DNA of 64,000 bases from Octopus sinensis (taxonomy: Eukaryota), in the NCBI RefSeq assembly GCF_006345805.1, contig NC_042997.1, positions 74,028,001 through 74,092,000 on the forward strand. Reading direction: 5' to 3'. The position numbers were made by a program, and so were the translations under genes. The notes under the pieces were generated by a model. It was given only the letters and a program-made list of their open reading frames with translations, did no database searches and was not told where the DNA came from. Within the stretch, counting starts at the first letter, position 1. Each line of letters begins with the position of its first letter. Below are positions 40,201-53,074 of the stretch, one piece after another.

Positions 40201-41930
40201 AAACGAAGTGGTTATGGCAGTTTAAGATATATCTTCCGAGTTCATCGGGATTTGGTGGTACGCACGTACCAGATCCACTTTGGAAAATATAGTGCAACCA
40301 TGGAGAACATATCAAAAATCCTTTAAGTTGGGTAGAGGATAACGATCGGACGTGATAATAGTATTAAGTCTCCTGTAATCACCAACGGGTCTAAAATCCG
40401 CTTCACCATTCCGAGCTAAGTGTAACGGAGATGCCCAAGTGCTAGTAGAAGGACGTATAAGACCAAACTGAAGCATGTGCTTGAATTCAGTGCGGGCTTT
40501 CTTGAGGTTGTCTGGCGCTAGTCTACGTGGACGTGAGAAAACAGGTGGACCAGTTGTTGTAATAAAGTATTGAGTCGAGTCGACTGTCTGGGTAGGCTTA
40601 AATGAGAGATCCGAGGCAAGAATAGAAGTATGGAACTGGTTATTGACAGCAGCTACAAAAAATGATGGGCTGAGGATAGCAGTAATAGATTCACATGCAG
40701 ACATAGATAAAGATGTGGTAGTATCCACAAGTTTCTGTTTCCTGACATCTACCTGGTGTGAATAGTGGTGTAAGAAGACTGCCCCGAGGATAGGATGCGG
40801 TAGGTCAGCGAAGACAAAAATCCATTTAAAATCTCGACGCAAGGCAAGGTCTAGAGTTAAAGATATCTAACTGTAGGTTTTGATGGGAGACTGGTTCACT
40901 GCATATAAGGAAATACTGGATAATTGTGGCTTGTTAGAGCTGAACCGTAATGGCAAAATATTGCAACTTGATCCTGTATCAACCATGAACGACCTGTTTG
41001 AGACTAGGTCCCTAATGAAGAAAGCACGATTAGCTGAAAAGTTGTGAGAGAGGTCTAACGTGCCCAGATTCTCTAGGTTCAGTTTTCCGACACTTTAAAA
41101 GCACAAGGCTTGTTACAATGATGTGCCTTGTCATGGAAACGTGCGTGGTACCAACACACCGAAAAATTGTTGGTTGAAAAAGTGTTACGTCGTTTAGAAG
41201 AGAAAGAACGGATTCGCGAACGCCGACTAACGCGACAGAATTGAGCTATTTTGCGCGTTAAACCATCGATAGCCTTCAACATGGCGTCTCTATTTGTATT
41301 ATTAGGCTATTGTCGAGAAGACGATGAAGCAATAACCGAATCAGCTGCGGTGGGTCTGTGAGAAAATTCCATTATCCTATCTGCAGATGCAGCAATTTGA
41401 TCTATAGTGTTGGTGTCAACCATATTCGCCAATATCGTCTGTACATTAGTTGATAAGCGGGAAAAAATAATTTCTTTACAAAAAAGCTGTCTACAAGTGT
41501 ATCGTCACTGAGTTCTCTGATCCATCTAAGAAATTCTGAAGGAGTTCTGTCACCCAGGTTCTCATCCTGTAACAAGGCACGGAAACAGCTTTCTACTAAT
41601 TCAGAATTTCTGCATAATTTTTCTGCTCTCAGAGAATCGTAAGGTCATGCCTTGTGGAAGATCTGTGATGGTATCTTTAACGGTGTCTGATATTATGGCG
41701 GGAATACACGTGTAGCTTTTGTTGAGCGGCTTGTATACCATGTGCTGTGAAATAAGAATCAAGCTGTGCAAAACATATAAGCTGGCATAAAAATGTTACT
41801 CACTTTAATAAGCTGGTACGAAAGTGTTACTCATGATTACGGCAAAGAACAGGCGTGATCAGCCACGTAGCCAACCGATTGCAACTGGTGGGGGGGGAGT
41901 GCTATCTTGATAGCTGAGGGTGCTGAACAG

Positions 41931-42382
41931 GGGTACGGACAAAAGCCCCTTCTTATAGTGTGAAAGTGGACAAAAGCCCCATGCTTATATTTTTCGGTTA
42001 TTTTTTTTTCACATTTCTTGACGCCTAGCCTGGTCAAAATTTCTGATATATTTCGTTTGTATTTTCATTTAACTTGTTGCAGTCATTAAACTGATGTCAT
42101 GCTGGGGCATCACCCCGAAAAATTTTTAGTCGAATATATCGACTCCAATAATTTTTTTAATGATTTTCAACAAGTACGTAGTTAAGCCTAAAAGATCTTT
42201 CCACATGCTAGAGATAACAGCCAAATCTTTAAACATTATTTTTATATAATTTCAAATAAACAAAAACAGAAACCGCGGTTCTGAGAAAAAAAAAAACACT
42301 TTCATACTTTAACTATGGGGGCTTATTTGAGGGGCTTTTGTCTTTGGGGGCTTTTTTCCTAAGGGTCTTTTGTATTACATCC
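41931..42382. mobile_element. MULE-like MITE (452 bp)
   Basis: 9-bp TSD GCTGAACAG (41922-41930 and 42383-42391); degenerate GG-starting TIRs with repeated GACAAAAGCCCC. Confidence 0.8.
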
Positions 42383-44683
42383 GCTGAACAGAACTCTAAA
42401 AACCGTACTGCTTATAAAATTTGATTATGTCTCTGTTGTGTGGAGATAGAACGCCCCCAAAGTGAATGGATGGATTAGTCCACCAGGAAAAATATGGTGG
42501 AGTAATGCCAATGGGTTCGACAGCTCATGAGCAGAGTGTCGACTCGGGAGTTCGAGTAGTATCGATGAGCGGACAACCATCTAGTACTAGCTCTTAAACG
42601 GACTTAATGTATGATTACGACACAAGTCTCTCAAAAAAATTCAGAACACCAAATAAAATCAAGTTACATTTATTTAATACAACTGCAATCTACGGCAACG
42701 CAAGGCAAAAAAAATAAGAAATCGTCCTTGTCTATACTTGATTTGTATTTATTAAGGGAAGCAAGTATCTTCAGATTTAATTTTCGCTGAGTGCTTCATA
42801 TTTCGCCGAAAGGGTGTCATAATTCGAGTTAGCGTCGAAAATGATGATTCACATGTAGCTGTGCAAGATCCAAATGTTAATACTGTACCATACAAAAGAT
42901 AAACATTTGGAAAGGCTTCCTGTACAATACGTAAAGATCCAAAAATATCAAGCAGTGTCATCATAGTTTGTTGGGAAATGTATGCCTTAGCCATAGTAAG
43001 TTCAGAAAGTGAGGCCGATATATCGCAATTAACTAAGTTGCTCAAAGGTTTTAAAGCACTAAAATCTAAAAATGTCTCGGACGTTGGTAGTAGACTTGCC
43101 AAGGAAGAATATATACTATTGTTTTGCTCGGAAAATCTATTATCTAGCTCTCCCAAGCTTTCGTCGATGATCGCGAAATAAATTTTGCGGTGAAAGATTA
43201 TCCAGTCATCTTGTGATGGTACCAGGGCTTCAACAACATAATCTGAAAAACGTCGGGACCCACAAGCTTTTCGACGCAGGCGTTCCTCAACATTAAATTG
43301 ACACATTTATTTTAGAATCTCATCAAATATTAAAGAGCTTCTCAGTTTGGTTATTTCACTTTTGGCAATCTTAAGAAGCCCAAGGTAATGGTGTAGATTA
43401 CATTTGTGACTCTGAAGCTGTTTGTCTACTGGTCTAATTATATGCAGAAATTTGCTAAGAACAAGGGCTAGAAAAACAAACCTTGGGGAACGAACTTGAT
43501 GTAAAATTCCAGTTGCTTCTATACACGTTTTTGAATCTGACGAATCTGTGCATGGTTAGCAAGCCAACAATTTTGGAGTGATTTTCTATTACAGAAGCAA
43601 TGGCAGTGAAATGACCCCACCACCTATGCTCCATAAGACGTGGAAACTTCAATCCTTTGCAGAGACTAGCCGTTTAATAAAATTATGAAGAATATTAACG
43701 GTGTCGAAGAACGTAGCTAACTCCAGAATCCGCTTTATTGTGTTAACCACAAGATGCAACTGATGATTAAGACGATGAACGTAGGGTATATACTTCTCAA
43801 GTCGATTCTGAATCTTTCTTTGAACGCCACCTATTTTGCTAGACATCACAGAAGCACCATCATAGCATTGTGACAACATACGCTTTAGGTCAATGCAAAG
43901 GTTGGTTAATTCCTTAATCTATAAGTCGGCCAGTGTTTCAGCATCATAATGTTGAGTAGTTGGCATCGCAACTAACTTTTCCAGAACCCTGCCGTTTTTC
44001 AAGTACCTAATAACAATTGCAAGATTTTCAGTATTACTCAAATCACGCGTTCCGTCACATTTCAGCGTAAAATAAGGAACATCGGAACGAGGCTGACAGT
44101 GTGTCTTCTCAACAATTCGATAATTTCGTTTTGCATTGCTGCTGAAGTGTAGGTCGCATTTTTTGGAATCGTACTGTAACATTCCATTAGGTTTGAGTCT
44201 TTCTCTAACGTGTGTTGGAATAATTTCATAAAAGACCACAAGGCTGCGTATCATCTTCCGAATAAAGATCCTGAAAAGCTTCATTTTCGTTTCCTAGAAA
44301 AGGCAATTCGTTTGAACAAAGAAAATGAACAATATCAACAATGGAACTGATATAATGACGGATTTTGCTCAACTGGTCATTTTGTAAGATTGAAGACACG
44401 GATGTTGTTATGGATAAACGCTGTTGGCGTTCCTTACATGTTACCATGGCTTGGATATAGGATGCAGAGTTTGCGTGCTTATTTAAACCTTTGTTTTTTT
44501 TCTTTTGCATGATGCCAATTAGAATATCCATTTTTAATAAAACCAGTATCAGCTTGAGCAGAAGTATTAAAGTGCCGTCAAGCAAAACAAAACAAGGCTT
44601 TCTTTGAAAGAGAATACTCTAACCATGGACCAGCTTGACGAGAAGTCACATCTCTGATTTCCATAAATTTTGGGATCAAACTT

Positions 44684-45820
44684 GGATCTTTTCATTTCCA
44701 AGGCCTGTTTTGTCAGATTTTTCTAGTTAACTAAATAATTTGAAACTTCGTATACTGGTAGAGTGTCTCAAAAGAAAACACTAATTTCAATTTGTTTATT
44801 TGAGAAAAATGTATTTTATAACTTTAAGGGTAGATTAAATCTGCGAATTTTAACCAATCGTATTGTTTGTTTTCATTTGAAATAATTAACTGCATTATCT
44901 TAGTGTGACGTAGAAAGCTATTTTGTGACGTAGACAGCTGTGCGTAGGTCTGTGTTTTGTGTGCGTGTGTGTGTGTTTGATGGGGGTGTGGGAGACAGAA
45001 AGTATGTTGTGTAAGTGGTGTGAAAGAGAGAGATAACGGAAATTTTTTACTCGATGTATGTGTATATGTATGTATGCATGTATGTGTGTGTGTGTATGTA
45101 TCTATGTATGTGTGTGTATGTATGTGTGTGTATGTGTGTGTGTGTATGTATGTATGGCCGATTCAGTGTTTACATTATTTCGAGTTAAAACGAAAGATTA
45201 CCAAAAAAAATTTTGTCTATATCTTCGATCACTGTCATTATTCCATTGAGTCAACCTCATTATTTTCTACATAGCAAAGGTAATCTTTCGTTTTAACTCG
45301 AAATAATGTAAACACTGAATCGGCCATACATACACACACACACACACACATACATACACACACATACGAAAGATTGCCAAAGATAAAAAGTTACAGAAAT
45401 AAAAGTTACACGAATAAAGTAAGGAATAAAAATCACAAAAAATATACGAAAATTTACAAAAACTAAGTTAGTTATATAATATATAGGTTTAATATATAAG
45501 TTAGTTAATAATATATTAAAAAAATGTGAATAGAAACTGAAGGAATACGGGTGTTTACATTTCACGTATGTTAAATACGTCAGCAAAATAGCCGTTTACG
45601 TCTATTGAGACGGAGTAAATAATATGAAGCCGAAAGACCGAATACCATTGGTTAAAATTCTAATTATTAAACAACTTTAAACTTTGAAATTACAATTCCG
45701 TTTTCATTCTGGTTTACAATTATGTTTTCTTTTGACACATTCTACCAGTATACGAAGTTTCAAATTGTTTGGTTAAGTAGGAAAAATCTGAAAAAACAGG
45801 CCTTGGAAATGAAAAGATCC
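44684..45820. mobile_element. Non-autonomous TIR element (1137 bp, ~100-bp TIRs) inserted into the hAT transposase gene
   Basis: 8-bp TSD TCAAACTT (44676-44683 and 45821-45828); TIR GGATCTTTTCATTTCCAAGGCCTGTTTT...; removing it restores ..QPVQPVLAKFDPKIYGNQR. Confidence 0.85.
45149..45332. repeat. Inverted repeat (~52-bp perfect arms)
   Basis: ATGGCCGATTCAGTGTTTACATTATTTCGAGTTAAAACGAAAGATTACC and its reverse complement at 45279-45332. Confidence 0.9.
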
Positions 45821-48800
45821 TCAAACTTTGCTAGAACTGGCTGCACTGGTTGATCATCCAATGACTTTGCAAGACTTCCCTTAAGCTGTGAAACTTCGTT
45901 TACAATTCTCTTCTGTTTAGCATTATTAGATGAATCAGACTGGAAATTCAGCAATGATTGTTTCAGTTCTCTTTTTTTGGTAGTGATTCATTATTTTGGG
46001 GCACTGATATTCGCAACAATTAATTCCAAGGTAAAATATCGTAGCAAGAGTAATAATTTCTTAAAATTTATGTATTTTTAAATTAAACTCGTAAGGGATT
46101 TCAGTTCAAGCAATTTTTTTTTTCGATTTCTTCAAACTTATGCTTTTTTTTAGTTAAACACAAAATGATTTCAGTTTAAACTTTGTTCAAAGAGAAGGAA
46201 AAATTATTCAGTGAAAGTTCTCACCTGAAAAATCCTTTCTGAATATATATTTTGGGAAATTTCAAAAATTTTCTTTCCTTTTTCGCGAATAATAATCTTC
46301 TCTGACTAGTAGAAATAAAATGACTTTTAAATGTCCGTCTCTGTTCATATATATATGTGTGTAATGATGCGTTTCCTACCATAAATCTTTAACTACAGCA
46401 AAAATTCCTCACATACTTTTCAACAGCAACAACGACAATCACCAGCACCACCGCCGCCGTCGCCACCACGACCACCATCATAACAACAACAACTGACCCA
46501 GCGTCAGCCAGTCCTTAATTCAAACCACAGTTGATGACCGGGTCAGCAGCCAATTTTGCAGCAACAATTACAGCTACAACAAGCACTTTGACCAACTCAC
46601 GTTTTCATATCCACTAACTACTAAATCAAAAGAAATTCTATTTATTGCATCTTTAGCGGCGACAAAGTGGATAATTCTCATACTGGTGGGGGTGCTGAGC
46701 ACCCCATAACCTCCACTCCATGGCTACGTGCGTGGGCGTGATAAGTGACTTTCTTATTTGACGCAGAAAACACGAAATTATTACAAAACTAGAATATCAA
46801 AGGTGCTGGTAGAGTAATGTAGAAATTACCTTTAAAAGTGTAGTAAGGCGTCGATTTACCATGTGCTGTGGTTTGCGTATTCAAAAAGTCAGGTTTACTA
46901 TTTTATAGTGAAATGTCCGCAATGGTTTTCATTTTCTTGACGTCGGGGATAAACATTTTATAGTGATGTCGATTAAGTGACATCCTATAATTTAATAACC
47001 ATGATAGAAAGAGGGGTCACCATCTTGTACGTAATGACAAGAAAATAAGAATTTGCGAGACGTTTGTAATAAGTCATAACTCTCATGATGCAAATTTACT
47101 CTCATGATGCAAATTAATCTTCTCAAAACATTGAGAACAAACCAATATCTGCCAAAAGAGAGATCGAAAATAATGCAAACAAACCGCTGCCATCACTAAA
47201 TTCTCTTGTCTCTCCTAATATAGCTAAGTCAGCAGAGACCTCTGTGGGATATATTCAACTTAGAAGCATCCTGAAACTACAGTTCGTTGAAAACTTTACT
47301 TTTTCGAAACTATCGTTAAGCGACAGGCCATTCTTAACAAGGTTAAGAGGAAAAACAGCTCTAATATTGAAAGTGTAACAAGAGGAAAATTAAGAGTTAG
47401 GATATTTAGATGTGCGCATGTAAGAAGGTTTGAACTGTATAAATGTATGTTTTACATGAACGCAAAGACAAATATCAGAAAGTAATGATTTTTCGTTTAT
47501 AAACATAACAATTTATTCCGTGGTCACACATGTAAGCACATCACGAGATAAGTGTTCAAAGGAACAGGGTGTAGCAAGACATAAACATCCAAGGTAGTTA
47601 AGTTCGATGCTTAAATAGCTGCAAGATGTTTATAAATGTACAAATCCAATGCGTAGCGTAATCACTGCGGCCAGCAGTGATTGGATGTTTTGGGTGTAGC
47701 ACGACTGTGCTATGCCACCACAACAATAGTGCTAACATGTTTCGCTACAGATACCCTCCTGCAGACTGAATGTCGATGCAAAATAATAAATGTAAAGCAA
47801 GATATACCTCTCAGGACCTACAAAATAAAAACAACGTTAAAAATTGCGAAATGTGAGTTTAGAACCTTAAATAATTGTTACAAATGATATACAGAATATT
47901 CACAGAAATAGATACATAGATAAAAAAGGTCCTGGAAAATTAAAAGGTAACAAGGGACATGCCAAAATTAGGTGAATGCAAAGGCAAGTTAACAAATACG
48001 CATATACATGAAAAGGAAAACAGCATAGATACATTAAGCAGGAAAAAATACAATACGATAACAAGCTCGAAGGGCCAGTTCATATATAAACAGTTTTACA
48101 TAGTTTCTCAAGCCAATGGGACACAATAACCACTGCGGGTTGTCGTGACGTATGTTGGAGGTGGAGAAGGTGTGTCTGGTTGAGCTTGCGACGGCGACGG
48201 CACTTATTAAACCGGAAAATCCACTACGGGAGTAGGGGGAGGCAGCGAACGCAGCCAGGACCAAGAGCAACAGCAACAAAGAAAGAAAGGAAGAAAGATA
48301 CACAGGGTTGCCTAATCAAGCAATTTTTTTAACAAAAGCATTCAACGACAAAGGTTAACAAATCATGTAACATTTGACACAATACAGAGTTCGATTTCTT
48401 CCAAAACACACCATTTACATTTGACACAATACAACGTTTCTCTGTTTTGTTTTTTAAGATTTAACATTTGACAACACAACACAGAGTACTTTCCGTTTTT
48501 TTTAACACAACTCTTTTTCTTCTAACACAGAGAGTTCGTTCTCAAAATTCTTCTTTTCTCTTCTTTCTTTACTTTTCTCTCTTCCTTTCTTTTAAAAACA
48601 GTCAATAACTCATTTCTTTTCTTCTTCTTTTCTTTTCAAACAGTCTTACTCTTTCTTTTTTTAAAACATTTACAAGTTCTTTTCTCCTTTTCTTTTCAAC
48701 AGTCTTTCTATCTTTTTTTAAACATTTACAAGTTTTTTTTTTCTTTTCAACAGTTAATGTCACAGAGTCTTTCTTTCCTTTCTTGAAACACATCAAAGTT

Positions 48801-49309
48801 TAAAAGACAAAAGCATTACCGGCACATTCTCTTAATTCGCGTCTGCAACATTCTCTTAGTTCCACGTCTCCCACTACAGTTGCCCAGCTTCCTCATGTAT
48901 CTCTCTCTGCCCCAGTCAGTCTGTGACTGTCATCTTCCTGACTACCTCTCGTAGTGTCATCTGACTGACTAGTCCCCTTGTCCGGTCCTCCGCTGACTGA
49001 TTGCCTGCCAGAAAGAGAGACATACCGTAAGTCAACAGCGTGTATTTCCCTCCCCAGTATTTTTATTTTTTAAAACTTTCCCTGGCCGTATGAGGCCAGA
49101 GATCAAGTGCCTACGGTCATTAATAATCGTGCTCCTTGACAGGACAAAGGAAATACCCCTGTCCTGAACAACTGGAGCGCCGGTTCGATTCCAGCTAATG
49201 GAACAAGGGGCATAATGTTTTTTTTTGTTCGTCTACATTTTCCTGCGTCCGTAACAATACCAATAATAATTGGTGGACTTGGTTTTGTAAGCAAGTGCCA
49301 AAGTGGCAG

Positions 49310-49559
49310 TCTGGATATGGTAGGGTTTTCAGAAAAAGAAATCGGCTAGCTAATTCACACACTACAAATATAGTTTGTCAGCGAGACAGTAATATTACGC
49401 AAGACTTTTCTCAAGTTCAAAATATGACTGTTTCTATCTAACATTCCAGCGATGGAGCTTTGTATCTTCGTTAGAAACCAGCTCTAACTCAGAGGAAAAA
49501 TTCAAATAATTACAACACACACGCATACACATTCATACATACTTCATATACCTACATGC

Positions 49560-49590
<31 letters not shown>

Positions 49591-50314
49591 CATACATACA
49601 TACATACATACATACATACATACATACATACATACATACATACATACATACATACATACATACATACATACTGTATAACGAGATTCGTCGAAAGGCTAAC
49701 ACCGAGGACAAAGAAATAAGAACCCACAATATGTTGGAAGCCATAGCCACTCATAATAAAAAGGAGTACTGGTAGAACGTCCCACTGAAGACCTCAATAA
49801 AATATAAACACCATAGACTTGATATAAGAGAAATTGTGTACAATTGTGGAAATCAGTTGACCAGCCTATGTTAAAATAAAGCTGAAGATCAGTGAAAAAG
49901 AGAATACCTACGCTGAATTACTTAGAAATCTGCATTTGCTCTATCCAAATTACAAGTTCAGGTTTATTCCTGTAATTATTGGGGCCTCGGGATATGTAAC
50001 GCACCGAGAAATTAAGCTTTTCAAAACCAGAAAGGAGAACGGTGATTCGAAGTCTACAGATCCTACCTATCACTGGAAATTTAAAAATCACGTAAAACTT
50101 TCCAGAAGTTAGCATTTAAGCATATATGAGCAAGTCTTGACATGTAACTATGCATGAGAAGACATACATAAAACAAGACATACAAATCTGCACGCATACA
50201 TACATAAAAAATATCCTGTTGTTGTTGTTGAAATTCCAATGAAAGAGCCTTAGATCTAGGTTAGAAACCTGCTCTTTCTCTATTGGCTAGAAATCTTGAA
50301 ATAAAACTGAATAA
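49310..50314 (+). pseudogene. Two 3' fragments of RLE-type LINEs, each ending in (ACAT)n
   Basis: 49740-50314 encodes ..IVEIS*PAYVKIKLKISEKENTYAELLRNLHLLYPNYKFRFIPVIIGASGY. 49310-49500 has a related 3' end. (ACAT)n follows at ~49530-49670 and 50315-50400. Confidence 0.6.
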
Positions 50315-50355
50315 TGACATACATACATACATACATACATACATACATACATACA

Positions 50356-50389
<34 letters not shown>

Positions 50390-51259
50390 CATACATACAT
50401 AGTGAATGCTCTTTCTTCATTGTTGATTGCCGTTTTCTTGTGCTTCCTCGTTATCTAGAGTATTTCCGAGTTTCCATCCATGACCTCACAAATGACTATT
50501 CAGTCCCGCTGTAGATCTGCATTGTCTGAAAAATAGCCGACTGACGAAAGTTATAACTTACTTTGTGCTTCCAACTGGTTAGGTCTGCACACATCGCCAC
50601 TCTTCAATCGCCGCAATACTTACTGTTGACGGAATAACAAATGAATTCACCATAAAGAGACATTTGTACATCATTGGATTGTAATGAAAAATGTTTCTAT
50701 AACACCAGAGCTCCTCTCTGAGTTTCCATCATTAATACCTACTGGCAAACCAAAACAAAACGACTGATAATCACTTGAAACATCAGGTTTTACCTCAAAG
50801 TGACCGTCTCCTAGAAGGATGCTGTGAAAGTAGCTATGGATCCCTCTCCTCCCAGTGATTTTACCGCGTGTCCTGAAACCAACCAAGGATATTACTGCGT
50901 CCCCGCGCTCAGATGAATTGTAATCACATATGTTAGTTAGCTGGGCCCCTGACCGAGTCAGAGTAGACTTGGGAACACTAGTGACTAAGAGGTGGTTCCA
51001 TAACACTACTCAACATCCTGGAATTCACGAATCAGAGCTCCATTACACGCACGATGCATGCATGCATACATAGACAGACATATAAATAGACAGACATTCA
51101 TATCTGCATACATTGTGGCTGTCGACTCGCTAAATGAGTATGACTATTAGCGACAAATTATCATGTTTCTGGGTCTTGTTTGTTTTCCCAGTGACCATGG
51201 AAAGCCAGTAACCAACCTGCATTTTTTGTTGCAGATGCAACATTCATTTTCATGAGTTG

Positions 51260-51612
51260 CACTTGGGTGTTCATTCTGGACAGAACCCAGATTGTATACT
51301 TTCATGTGCCTTGTGAGTCCAGATCAGTTGGGAAATTCCCTAATACATAGACAACAAAATGGATTAGCTGCTAGAAATTAGTTGTATTCAATCTGAGGCT
51401 TTCAGCGTATTTGCATAGGTGCCTTGTGAGGCCAGCTCTGAAGAGACAAACTCGTCCGAATTCATCACATTCAAAATGCAAGACTTTTTCAAGTTCCAAA
51501 TGTGAATTTGTCTGTGTTAACTACATCCCAAAGATGAAGCCTTGTATCTTTAGAAACATCTCCCTCCTCAATGGAAGATTTAAAATAATTAAAGAATTGA
51601 AGAGACATACAT
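51260..51612 (+). pseudogene. RLE-type LINE 3' fragment ending in ACATACATAC
   Basis: AAGACTTTTTCAAGTTCCAAATGTGA...GATGAAGCCTTGTATCTTTAGAAAC resembles 49410-49480. Confidence 0.5.
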
Positions 51613-51699
51613 ACATGCATACAAGATGGTACTGTCAGCATCAGACATATAGGCGTACAGGGCTATTCAAAATATATTTTTTTAACGTTCCCTTTATGC

Positions 51700-52903
51700 C
51701 GACTCCTCCAGCCTGAATCAGTAACTAGTTTATTTCTCCCATTATAAATAAGAGAAACGCTTTTTGCCTACGCAGAATTCTGCTAACATGATCATAGCTG
51801 AAACTAACAACACCACTGACGACGAAAGCAGACTACGGCACCAGTAAGCTATCTCATTTTACTTGGACTCGACATCTAAACCAAGATCTACTTCAATGCT
51901 ATGAAAAAGCCCATGAAGACCCTTCTATCGGATATATGAAGCAGTTAAAAATATATTTGGACGAATTTCACCCAACTTAAAGTACCTTTACTGCGAATCA
52001 ACTTCGACAACAAGCATCTTTTTTAAGAGAAAAATTATTTGAACAACTCTATACCATGATAAAACAATGGCAAGAAAATCCCTTACATGGCAAATACTGG
52101 GATAAAATAAAGAGAGAAAAAATAGACAAAGTAAAACCTAAACCTCAACAATGGTTCAGATGCTTAGGACTCAAAGCAAAGACTGAAGGATTTTTAATTG
52201 TAGCACAAGATCAAAGCCTTCCAACCAGAAACCATCAGAAACACACAATGAAGAAAAATACAAGTAACGGCAGAATATGCGGTGATGGGGAAGAAACAAT
52301 AAATCATATTGTCTCTGGCTGTCCAATCCTAGCTAAGGTAGGAATATATCTGCAGACATGAGAAAGATGGGACCTATATACACTGGCAGTAATGCCAACA
52401 CTTTGGAGTGACAACAGAAAGAAGATGGTATAGGCATACCCAAGAAAAGGTCTTAGAAAATGAGAAAGCAACCATACTCTGGGATATGCCAATACACACA
52501 GATAGAGAAATCAAGGCTAATGGACTGGTTATAGTTGTCAGAGATCACCAAGAAATACTATACCTTCTAATCGATGTATCAGTACCAACAGATGACAATG
52601 TATCTCTAAAAGGAACAGGGAAACTCTCAAAATGAAAAAATCTGAAAATAGAGATAACTCGAAAGTGGAGCCTAAAAACAGAAACAAATTCTATCATAGC
52701 AGATGCATAACCAAAACACCAGGACTTACGAATATGTATAGCACACAGAAAATAGCACTACTAGGCACTGCACATATCCTACGTAAAGTACTTTCAATAT
52801 AGTAAAAGTAATAGCACCAAAACAAACCACAACATATACCTAAGGCACACAGACCTGCACTCGGTAATGCAGTGAAAGCACGTGATATAAACAAGACTAC
52901 TGA
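51700..52903 (+). pseudogene. Internally deleted R4/Dong-type LINE
   Basis: The N-terminal FTWTRHLNQDLLQCYEKA..GYMK joins directly to C-terminal WQENPLHGKYW, ICGDGEETINHIVSGC and ILWDMPIHTDREIKA..LLIDVSVP; followed by (AAT)n. Confidence 0.75.
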
Positions 52904-52912
52904 ATAATAATA

Positions 52913-52972
<60 letters not shown>

Positions 52973-53074
52973 TTGATGATAATGATGATGATGGTGATGA
53001 TGATAATAATGATAGTAATAGTGGTGATAATAATGATAGTGATAATAATGGTGATAATAATAACAATAATAAGC

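Larger units (their letters stand above)
41860..46734 (-). mobile_element. hAT DNA transposon (TTF-zinc-finger / DUF4371 / hATC type), decayed transposase
   Basis: 8-bp TSD GGCGTGAT (41852-41859 and 46735-46742); TIRs CAGCCACGTAGCCA / CACGCACGTAGCCA; peptides WLEYS..LFCFAC, LKCDGTRDLSNTENLAIVIRYL, QCYDGASVMS and TATCESSFSTL. Confidence 0.9.
37268..47080 (-). mobile_element. Gypsy (Ty3) LTR retrotransposon, decayed, with nested insertions in its 5' leader
   Basis: gag-PR-RT-RH-IN on the minus strand at ~41660-38010 (YPLPNLKDF, MPFGLRNVASTFQ, YADNLLV, TVDAS, HIDIIGP, TTDRGRQFE, YHPASNGMIERFHRQLK). A 122-bp direct repeat at 37268-37389 and 46959-47080 has 6 mismatches. PPT-like GAAAGCAAAACGAAAAGGGGA near 37690; PBS-like TGTTTATCCCCGACGT at 46940-46955. 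Confidence 0.85.

Noticed and set aside
49099-49110. AGATCAAGTG match to U2 snRNA
   Set aside because: Only 10 nt match and the flanks do not.
49110-49200. tRNA-like segment with GGTTCGATTCC
   Set aside because: No full cloverleaf or clear A box; more likely a SINE head remnant than a tRNA gene.
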